From assembly GCA_029934175.1 (NCBI GenBank), contig JAOZMT010000001.1, positions 85,286-121,447 of the forward strand: DNA of 36,162 bases, written 5' to 3'. The notes below the pieces were generated by a model, which did not search any database, was not told the origin of the DNA, and worked only from the letters and a program-made list of their open reading frames with translations. Numbering within the stretch: the stretch's first letter is position 1; each line of letters opens with the position of its first letter. A program made the translations under genes and the position numbers. The DNA comes from Victivallales bacterium. GTDB taxonomy: Bacteria > Verrucomicrobiota > Lentisphaeria > Victivallales > JAUVCU01. This document shows, piece after piece, positions 8,705 to 15,819 of this stretch.

Positions 8705-9623
8705 TTAACTTTTCCTTAATATAATCTAATCTTTGTCTAATTTTATAACCAACATTGATGACATCAAATTTCATGCCTTGTTTAACATAATCTTTTCTAT
8801 TTTTAACTAATAATGCCTGTTCAATACATTCAATTGGATTAGAGCAAATAAATCCCAACGAACCCAATTGTTCTCTTACGCATCCAACATCTCTAATCAC
8901 AACAATACAGCCCGCATTAAGCGCCTCATATATTACTAAAGGACAGCTTTCCCTATAAGAAGCCAAAACAAAAACTTTACTTCTTTTCATATATTCAGCA
9001 ACTTCTGCTCTAGGTAAATTATAGACAAATCTGATATTGAGACTTTTAAGAAATTTTAAGTCTTGTTGATCTGTAATCGTTGTTATCATTAAGCTATTTG
9101 GATATTTTTTATGAATTTCTATAAAATCAAAACCGCCTTTATCCTTAAATTCATTTGTTCTTATAACAGTTAAAACATTAATATCCCTTTTGATATTTAA
9201 ATCCAAAGGTCTAAAAATAGAATAATCATGTGGCGGAATCATAACCAACGAAGAAATGGGAAGCTGTTTTCCAGTTGTATTGGAATTTGTCCAATATTCA
9301 ATTATATTGCTTGAAATACGAAATCCAGATATTACGCACCAAACTATTGCAGGAATCCTAAATTTATGTGCATAAAAAGCTCTAGTAAATAACAAATCAT
9401 AATCACTTTCGTTTATATTAGATTTAAAATCATTTATATTTAAAAATTTTAAATTGTAAAAATTCAATAAATTTGGAATATCTTCTATTTGGCTATTAAG
9501 TATAGAATCATAATAAATATCAACGTCATATCCTAACGACTTAAAAAAATCTGCAAAAGTCAATATTGTACAAATAGAACCACCAATTCTGAAAATTCTT
9601 GGTTGATAAACTAAAATCTTCAT
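8697..9623 (-). CDS. GT-B glycosyltransferase (GT4/GT1 family)
   Basis: The C-terminal ESCPLVIYEALNAGCIVV matches the E-x7-E / EAmaxG region of GT4 enzymes. Its start overlaps the stop of the UDP-sulfoquinovose synthase gene by 4 nt. Confidence 0.7.
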   Translation of the reverse strand: MKILVYQPRIFRIGGSICTILTFADFFKSLGYDVDIYYDSILNSQIEDIPNLLNFYNLKFLNINDFKSNINESDYDLLFTRAFYAHKFRIPAIVWCVISGFRISSNIIEYWTNSNTTGKQLPISSLVMIPPHDYSIFRPLDLNIKRDINVLTVIRTNEFKDKGGFDFIEIHKKYPNSLMITTITDQQDLKFLKSLNIRFVYNLPRAEVAEYMKRSKVFVLASYRESCPLVIYEALNAGCIVVIRDVGCVREQLGSLGFICSNPIECIEQALLVKNRKDYVKQGMKFDVINVGYKIRQRLDYIKEKLNG

Positions 9624-10768
9624 TTCCAGCTAATCCTTGGTATTAAAACTTCTCTTTTAATTCTATATTTAAATTTCATCATAATCTTGAACAAATACCT
9701 AATTTCTTTTTCCAATGTAGTTGAAGGCCTATAGCCCAATCTTTTCAATTCTCTATGAATTGGATTATACCAATAATTGTCTTCTAGTTCAACCCTTGGG
9801 TTTTTGATGTTTGATTTTCCCACATGAATTCCAAATTCATTTGCAATTTGAATAACTTTATTTGCCACATGTGTGATAGTATATACATTTTCAAATTGAT
9901 TAACAACACGATACTCTCCTTGTTTAGGAGGATTTTCCAAAAGTAAAGTGAAACATTGTACTGCATCAGATAATGGGATAAATCCTCTCTTTTGATATCC
10001 TTTACCATATAAAGTGAGTGGCATTTTTAAAACAGCTTGAGCTACGAACCGATGAACCACAGTTCCAAAAGATTCATCGATGTCGAGACGTGTTAGCAAA
10101 TTATCATCATTCATTTCTTCAGAGCGAATCCCATATATAATACCTTGATGTACATCTGTAATTTTTAAGTTCCAAACTTTAGATCCAAATTCAAGATTTA
10201 TTGCATCACAGGATTTTGTACAATGATAGAACGAGCCACCCAACTTTGGATATGGAATAGTTAATTTTTTGTTATCTATTTCTATTTCGAAATCACCTTC
10301 TGGCGTAAAAGGCAAACCATAAGAATAAACACCCATAGTTCCAGCATGTAAAATATGTGCTTTTGGACAATGTTTTTTAACATTCCAAAGAACTGATAAT
10401 GTTCCCAGTATATTATTTTTATATGTTTCAAGACATGATTTAACACTTTTCATCGAATATGCTGCTGAAGGTTGTTCTGCAAAATGCACTATGCAATCTG
10501 GCTTTTCTTTTTTAAATATATCACTAAGTAATAAAGGATTAATTACATTAATATGATAAAAATTTAATCTATAGCCAAAATGTTTAAAAAATACATTTAA
10601 TCTGTCTTCCATTGAGGGAATTGGAGTGACAGATTGACTTTGCATGCTTTTTACCCATTTTCGTCTATTGAAATTATCGACACCTGAAACTTTGTGACCT
10701 TTGTTTGCTAGATGAAGTGCTAATGTCCATCCGACAAATCCATCGATTCCTAGAATTAAGATTTTCAT
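9620..10768 (-). CDS. sqdB: UDP-sulfoquinovose synthase (SQD1/SqdB/Agl3 family)
   Basis: The resemblance to plant SQD1 runs end to end:
- ILGIDGFVGW matches IGGDGYCGW.
- SVTPIPSMEDRL matches SLTPIASIHDRI.
- VHFAEQPSAAYSM matches VHFGEQRSAPYSM.
- NNILGTLSVL, GTMGVY and FYHCTK (Thr/Tyr/Lys catalytic set) are present.
- LTLYGKGYQKRGF, KNPRVELEDNYWYN and the terminal IPRISWK are present. Confidence 0.85.
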   Translation of the reverse strand: MKILILGIDGFVGWTLALHLANKGHKVSGVDNFNRRKWVKSMQSQSVTPIPSMEDRLNVFFKHFGYRLNFYHINVINPLLLSDIFKKEKPDCIVHFAEQPSAAYSMKSVKSCLETYKNNILGTLSVLWNVKKHCPKAHILHAGTMGVYSYGLPFTPEGDFEIEIDNKKLTIPYPKLGGSFYHCTKSCDAINLEFGSKVWNLKITDVHQGIIYGIRSEEMNDDNLLTRLDIDESFGTVVHRFVAQAVLKMPLTLYGKGYQKRGFIPLSDAVQCFTLLLENPPKQGEYRVVNQFENVYTITHVANKVIQIANEFGIHVGKSNIKNPRVELEDNYWYNPIHRELKRLGYRPSTTLEKEIRYLFKIMMKFKYRIKREVLIPRISWK

Positions 10769-10899
10769 TCATCTTTCACCTTATTAATAATAATTTCTAA
10801 ATGTTTTAATATTTGATAGTAATGATATTTAAGTTCTAAATCTTCAATTTTACTCTCATCTATATTATAAATTAGATTTTGATAAGTTTCTAGTGCCAT
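10765..10899 (-). CDS. small hypothetical protein (44 aa, below the track cutoff)
   Basis: ATG at 10899. The stop TGA overlaps the sqdB ATG (ATGA-type coupling). It fills the gap between the hexulose-phosphate synthase gene and sqdB. The ribosome-binding site is weak. Confidence 0.25.
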   Translation of the reverse strand: MALETYQNLIYNIDESKIEDLELKYHYYQILKHLEIIINKVKDE

Positions 10900-10915
10900 C
10901 AATCCCAACGAATCT

Positions 10916-11560
10916 TTAAATACTTGCTTTTTCATTCGCATATATCTCCTCCTTTATTTTTAAAATTGCTTCTTTTGGATTTTTTGATTTAGTAATATAA
11001 CTACCAAAAATCAATATTTCGGGACTAAATGGAATAAGATATTTAATATCTTTCGGTTTTAAACCGCCAGCTATTGCAATTGGAACTGAAAATGATTTGC
11101 AGAATTTTTCAATTTCACTAAAAGAGATTCCCTTTGAACTTTGAATATCAATTGCAATATGGAAGCTAAAATAATCTGGAAGAAATGGTTCAATTTCTTT
11201 TCCTCTTGAAATTTTTTCCTTGACACCAATGAAATCAACCATTACTTTTTTATCTTGATTTTTTGCTTGCGTAATTGCTGACTCTATCGTTTCTAGCTCG
11301 GCTTGAGCACATACTGTCATTATGTCAGCTCCAGCATCAAATGCTATTTTAGCTTCTAAAGCACCTACATCCATTGTTTTTGTATCAGCTAAAATCAATA
11401 GATAAGGAAATTCTCTCTTCATTTCCTTTATTACTTTTAAACCTTCAGTTTTTAATAAGGGCGTTCCAATCTCAATAATATCTGCATAAGGAGCGACCTG
11501 TTTTGCAATCTTTAATGCTTCATCTTTATTTGGAATATCTAAGGCCACCTGAATTTTCAT
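10916..11560 (-). CDS. hxlA: 3-hexulose-6-phosphate synthase (OMP-decarboxylase suprafamily; the alternative is 3-keto-L-gulonate-6-P decarboxylase)
   Basis: Aligns by eye along its whole length with Bacillus HxlA: LQLALD/IQVALD, IVEIGTP/IIEIGTP, LADMKTMD/LADTKTMD, GADIVT/GADIMT and IAGG. A GGAGGA ribosome-binding site is present. Confidence 0.75.
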   Translation of the reverse strand: MKIQVALDIPNKDEALKIAKQVAPYADIIEIGTPLLKTEGLKVIKEMKREFPYLLILADTKTMDVGALEAKIAFDAGADIMTVCAQAELETIESAITQAKNQDKKVMVDFIGVKEKISRGKEIEPFLPDYFSFHIAIDIQSSKGISFSEIEKFCKSFSVPIAIAGGLKPKDIKYLIPFSPEILIFGSYITKSKNPKEAILKIKEEIYANEKASI

Positions 11561-11777
11561 TATTAGTCCTCCTTAAAATTCCTCTAATAAAACCATTTAA
11601 TTCCGAAATTTCTCTGGAGTGTTGTTCCAATCTCTCATAAATACTAGTTAGATGATTATCAACGATATCCTTTAATCCATTTTGAAGATCATTTCTTAAT
11701 GATCGTATTTGATAAAGAACTATTCCAATAATAACTGTCAATAAACTGCCAACTATTTCTCCAATCCAATTTTCCAT
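11526..11777 (-). CDS. small membrane-anchored protein
   Basis: An N-terminal hydrophobic helix (IVGSLLTVIIGIVLY) is followed by a charged, helical region. A GGAGGAA ribosome-binding site is present. It overlaps the next gene by 35 nt. Confidence 0.4.
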   Translation of the reverse strand: MENWIGEIVGSLLTVIIGIVLYQIRSLRNDLQNGLKDIVDNHLTSIYERLEQHSREISELNGFIRGILRRTNNENSGGLRYSK

Positions 11778-11789
11778 TGGAAGTTCCTC

Positions 11790-12689
11790 CTATATTAAGA
11801 AATTGTTTATTATTATTGGATTGATTCCTAAATCATAGGCTTCAGCTATTATATTTCTATAAATTTTTGTGATTTTAACAGAAGAAACTTTAGCCTTTGG
11901 AATTCCATTGCGCAATTCATTTAGAAATTTTTCATCATATGTGTTTCTGGAAATGCCGCACCAAACCAATAATGCATTGAATATTGGTCTATAAATAGTA
12001 AAACTTGTATGTCTTTTTGAAAATCTAACCTTAAATGGTACATTTTCATTGTTTAAAACCCAAACCAAAAAATTTCTTGCCAAAACATTTTGGACTTTAA
12101 AATATACCGAATCATGAACTGATTTCTTTTGAACAAATTTGAATAACAAATTCAATAATTTTTTAACTCCATTTCTATTATAGCTTTGAATTATCCTTGG
12201 TATTGTTTCTAATTCATCGGATTCTATATTATAATTTTCAAAAAATTTTTTCTTAGGATGTTTGTAAATTAAACTGTAAAGAAACATTTTATTAGCCAAA
12301 TCGACATGCTTTCCATTTTTTCCATAAAGTCGTTTTCCAATCAAAATATATAAGTTATCACCAACTTTGTAATCTTTTACTAACTTACCATTTATTATTT
12401 GATCTTCTGTTGCCGAAATATATCCTAATGGCGTCATTAAACAAGTAACAGGAACTCTCTCAACATATTTTATAATTTTTGGTAATTCAACAAACTTATC
12501 GTATGATGCAAGCGCATAAATCTTTGGAATTTGAATTCTAGGACTATCGTTATAAAAATCTCCCAAAAATATAATGCCATTTTCGGTTTGAATTATATTG
12601 TCCCAAGCAAAAATCTTATTCTTCCTCCAATACTTGTTTAACTCTATCCATTTGTGTTGGTTCACTTGGACAATAAAATCTAGGTACAA
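11790..12689 (-). CDS. hypothetical protein overlapping the 3' end of terL; possible degenerate Hint/homing-endonuclease relic
   Basis: The only upstream start is TTG 12689, with no ribosome-binding site, and the first ATG is codon 85. It overlaps terL by 74 nt in the +1 frame. The internal TCLMTPLGYISATEDQIINGKLVKDYKVGD resembles intein block A. The C-terminal AYDLGINPIIINNFLI resembles block F but lacks a terminal HN. Confidence 0.35.
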   Translation of the reverse strand: MYLDFIVQVNQHKWIELNKYWRKNKIFAWDNIIQTENGIIFLGDFYNDSPRIQIPKIYALASYDKFVELPKIIKYVERVPVTCLMTPLGYISATEDQIINGKLVKDYKVGDNLYILIGKRLYGKNGKHVDLANKMFLYSLIYKHPKKKFFENYNIESDELETIPRIIQSYNRNGVKKLLNLLFKFVQKKSVHDSVYFKVQNVLARNFLVWVLNNENVPFKVRFSKRHTSFTIYRPIFNALLVWCGISRNTYDEKFLNELRNGIPKAKVSSVKITKIYRNIIAEAYDLGINPIIINNFLI

Positions 12690-14226
12690 ATGTTGTATGA
12701 CAATTTAGGAAACATCCAGCCAAACTGTCCAATGCGTCATTATAAGTGCAATTTGGATATTCCATTATCTCCATATTCAATTCAGTTGTTTTTCTATTCA
12801 ACACTATTGTTCCATTAGCTAAATATGGTTCTAATGAACGTATTCTTATATCCTTCTCCTTAGTTGCCATTACCTTTGCAGCTCTTGGAATTGGCCTTAA
12901 TCCCCTTTCTCTAAAGTAAGTCTTTAATGCATTTAAATAAAAGATTTGGCCACCTGTAGTTTCAACATATAACCTGGATAATGGGAATTTTTCTGCTACT
13001 GATGCAATTATTTCAAATTGCTCTGTCTGCCTACAAATCTTTGAAATATTTTCTACTACATAGTATATCTTGTTTCCGTCTTCATAAGTTTTAGCTAAAA
13101 CTGTAATGGAAAACAATGTAGGTGTACTTCTTCCATGTACTTTTTTTTCGCCTATTGTTGGATCAACGTAAGCATAAAATACTAAATTTCCCCAATTTTC
13201 ATCCAAAAGTTCTTCAGTGCTTTCTATAAATCTATATTCTTCAATTCTAAATGCTCTTTCAATATCTTCTAATATCTCATTTTGTTTTTCCAAAAGAAAT
13301 TGTTGTTTGCCTTCACCATAATATTCGCACATCAAGCCATAAAGAGTTTCACCTTTTTTCCATAAGATTTCAGCACCTTTATCCATTTCATCTTTATGTT
13401 GCAAATAGAACTTTTTTGCATCTTCAAATCTATTTGGATTTGTTCTATCAGTATATATTTCAGCCCATGCATCCCATAAGTCCATTCTTTTTGGCCATTT
13501 AATAATAGATTTGAACTTAACACTACTCCAAGAAGCAAATTCTTTTGAAGTCATTAATTTATAAAGAATATGTTCCTTACCCATTAATGTACCTGTTGTT
13601 ACTATATCCGTATTATCATCTCCAGCTTTCATTACATCTCTAGTAAACCATTCATATATTTCTTTATTTCTAGATTTAGATAAAACATCTTCTCTAGAAC
13701 ATATATCATCGATTATTATCATATCTGGCCTATAATTTAAGTATTTACTTCCTTTAACTTTAGCTCCAGCGCCACGTGCACTAATGGCTGCATTATTGTT
13801 GGTAACAATAAAATTGCCACGCCAAATTGGGCCAATACCAGTTACTTCTGGATAAATTAATGTTAAATAAGGATTATTTTCTAATTCATCTTTAATAGAC
13901 AATAAATTCTGCTCAGCTAAAGTATCCGAAGCTCTTAATAAAAAACAATAGCGTTTTCTTCTAGTGCATATTAGCCATAGAATAACAATTTCATCTAAAG
14001 TAGTTTTTCCATGTCCACGTGGAGCGATGATTACTTTTCTTACTTTTTTTCCTTTTCCAACTTCATTTTGAAAAACATCTAATATGGCATCATGACATGG
14101 ACTTAATGGTTTATAAATTTTATGTTTAAAACAAACAGAAATGAATATACGTATATTTTTATCACATAATTGTCTAGCGACAGATATAGGTACTTCTTTG
14201 CCGTTAATTTTGATACTATCTCTCAT
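12616..14226 (-). CDS. terL: terminase large subunit
   Basis: Walker A APRGHGKTT, Walker B MIIIDDI, and C-terminal RNase H-like nuclease blocks (YVDPT..., ETTGGQ, YNDALDSLAG). 536 aa. Confidence 0.9.
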   Translation of the reverse strand: MRDSIKINGKEVPISVARQLCDKNIRIFISVCFKHKIYKPLSPCHDAILDVFQNEVGKGKKVRKVIIAPRGHGKTTLDEIVILWLICTRRKRYCFLLRASDTLAEQNLLSIKDELENNPYLTLIYPEVTGIGPIWRGNFIVTNNNAAISARGAGAKVKGSKYLNYRPDMIIIDDICSREDVLSKSRNKEIYEWFTRDVMKAGDDNTDIVTTGTLMGKEHILYKLMTSKEFASWSSVKFKSIIKWPKRMDLWDAWAEIYTDRTNPNRFEDAKKFYLQHKDEMDKGAEILWKKGETLYGLMCEYYGEGKQQFLLEKQNEILEDIERAFRIEEYRFIESTEELLDENWGNLVFYAYVDPTIGEKKVHGRSTPTLFSITVLAKTYEDGNKIYYVVENISKICRQTEQFEIIASVAEKFPLSRLYVETTGGQIFYLNALKTYFRERGLRPIPRAAKVMATKEKDIRIRSLEPYLANGTIVLNRKTTELNMEIMEYPNCTYNDALDSLAGCFLNCHTTFVPRFYCPSEPTQMDRVKQVLEEE

Positions 14227-14569
14227 ATAGATTCTTAGTTAAATCTTTTTCTAATTTTTCAATTTCTTCTTGCGCTAGAACATCAGCTTTTTTCTTAGGA
14301 ACTTTCTCTTTTATTAAGCCAGTGACTTTAGCCAACAATTCCAAAAGACGTATTATGTTTGATTGATAAGAAACCGCTAATTTCTCATTTCCAGTTCCTG
14401 GAATATTACAATCGTATAGCCTACTTCTAGCAATGCCAAGTTGTTCGACTATCGTTAGAATTAATAATTTTTTTCTTTTTCCTTCTTGAGAGTTTAATAC
14501 ATCAGCTTTAACTTCTCTGAGTGCTTCGTTAACCTGTTCAACTATAATTTTTTCATTAATTTCTTCCAT
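14216..14569 (-). CDS. candidate terminase small subunit / DNA-binding protein
   Basis: It lies immediately upstream of terL and overlaps it by 11 nt. It has a helix-turn-helix-like IVEQLGIARSRLYD. The track start at 14599 is TTG, so the ATG at 14569 (MEEINEK) is preferred. Confidence 0.35.
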   Translation of the reverse strand: MEEINEKIIVEQVNEALREVKADVLNSQEGKRKKLLILTIVEQLGIARSRLYDCNIPGTGNEKLAVSYQSNIIRLLELLAKVTGLIKEKVPKKKADVLAQEEIEKLEKDLTKNLYER

Positions 14570-14801
14570 CTTTCTTCTTTTTCTTTTTAACTCTTGCAAA
14601 TCTTAGACGTAAACGTCTTCTCCTACGAGCTTCTTTTTTCCTTTGTTTAGCTAATATCCTTTCTCGTTTCTTTTCGCTTGGTTTTTTATAAAATTGCCTT
14701 TCACGGAACTCCTTGATTATAGGACGACTTTCTTCAATAAATTGTCGAAGCATAAATTCAAATTTTGGATCAACTTTTTCTTCTTCAATTCTAGCTTCCA
14801 T
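14556..14801 (-). CDS. highly basic small protein
   Basis: 81 aa with an Arg/Lys-rich C-terminal half (KRERILAKQRKKEARRRRRLRLRFARVKKKKKK). It has an ATG start. Confidence 0.4.
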   Translation of the reverse strand: MEARIEEEKVDPKFEFMLRQFIEESRPIIKEFRERQFYKKPSEKKRERILAKQRKKEARRRRRLRLRFARVKKKKKKDGRN

Positions 14802-15108
14802 TTTCTTCTTTCAAAATCAAATTTTCTTCATGTGGTTCTAATGGAATATTTTTTAAAATAAATTTGATATCCTCAATAGTAAAAAATATAAGAATTTCGC
14901 CATTTCCAAAGCTAACATAAGTGCCATAAGCGATTTTATTTGGATCTTCACTTTTTTTCAACACATCTCTAAGAAGCTTAATCAAAGTGATTTTTTCTTC
15001 AGTTCCAAGGTAAATTGCAACACGAGCTTTTTTAAAAACAATTGCATAGGATAATGTACCATTACGTGTAAAACCTTTTTTAATTTTTAATCTTTCATTT
15101 TCTACCAT
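14791..15108 (-). CDS. hypothetical protein
   Basis: 105-aa ORF with an AGGAGAGG ribosome-binding site downstream of a strong promoter. No recognisable motifs. Confidence 0.4.
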   Translation of the reverse strand: MVENERLKIKKGFTRNGTLSYAIVFKKARVAIYLGTEEKITLIKLLRDVLKKSEDPNKIAYGTYVSFGNGEILIFFTIEDIKFILKNIPLEPHEENLILKEENGS

Positions 15109-15132
15109 TAAACCTCTCCTTGATTTTCTTTC

Positions 15133-15160
15133 ATTTTAACCTAAAATCCTAATTTGTCAA
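15133..15160 (-). promoter_or_regulatory. sigma70-like promoter
   Basis: On the minus strand, TTGACA (15160-15155), a 16-nt spacer and TAAAAT (15138-15133). It overlaps the nrdG stop codon. Confidence 0.5.
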
Positions 15161-15819
15161 GCTCTAATTTTTATAGAAAATTCATTATATTTTTTAATAA
15201 ATTCTTTTAAAGAGTCTTTTGTATATTGATTTGGAACATCATATCTTTCAGTTGGATTTGCTAATTGTATGTAATATTTACTAGTCTTCCCAACTATCTG
15301 CAAAACATTTTCTAAATCTTTAAAATTCAATAATGCACTATGTACGGTAGTCCTAAATTCATGCGGAATTGTCTTAACAATCTTAATTGATTTTTTAATC
15401 TTTTCGACTGAGAACTTAGCTCTTATAATCTTCTTGTATTTTTCAAATGGTGCTTTAATATCCATAGCAATGTAATCTATTAATCTTTCTTGAATGAGAG
15501 AATTCAGCAAATTAGGATTAGTACCATTTGTATCCAATTTAATTAATAATTTCAATTTCTTAACTTCCTTACAAAATTCGAGTAAGTCATTATGTAAAGT
15601 GGGTTCACCGCCTGAAATAACTATTCCATCAATTAGTGTTTTCCTTTTTTCTATGAAATTAATAGTATCTTCTAATGAGAAATTACCTTTTTTTCTAGGA
15701 ATTAAATGATAATTATGGCAAAAGATACAGTTCCAGTTGCAACCTTGAGTGTAAATTACGGTTGACAGAAATCCTTCGTAATCGATAGTTGAAAATGGAG
15801 TAAAGCCTGCTATTTCCAT
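15157..15819 (-). CDS. nrdG: anaerobic ribonucleoside-triphosphate reductase activating protein (radical SAM)
   Basis: CNWNCIFCHN (the CxxxCxxC radical-SAM cluster) and ISGGEPTL. Its start abuts the nrdD stop. Confidence 0.9.
   Translation of the reverse strand: MEIAGFTPFSTIDYEGFLSTVIYTQGCNWNCIFCHNYHLIPRKKGNFSLEDTINFIEKRKTLIDGIVISGGEPTLHNDLLEFCKEVKKLKLLIKLDTNGTNPNLLNSLIQERLIDYIAMDIKAPFEKYKKIIRAKFSVEKIKKSIKIVKTIPHEFRTTVHSALLNFKDLENVLQIVGKTSKYYIQLANPTERYDVPNQYTKDSLKEFIKKYNEFSIKIRA

Noticed and set aside
14556-14599. The lysine-codon run (GTT AAA AAG AAA AAG AAG AAA) in the overlap between the basic 81-aa ORF and the terS candidate looked like an A-AAA-AAG -1 frameshift site.
   Set aside because: The downstream ORF is in the +1 frame relative to the upstream one, not the -1 frame. 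The base preceding the run is T rather than A. The downstream ORF also has its own ATG at 14569.
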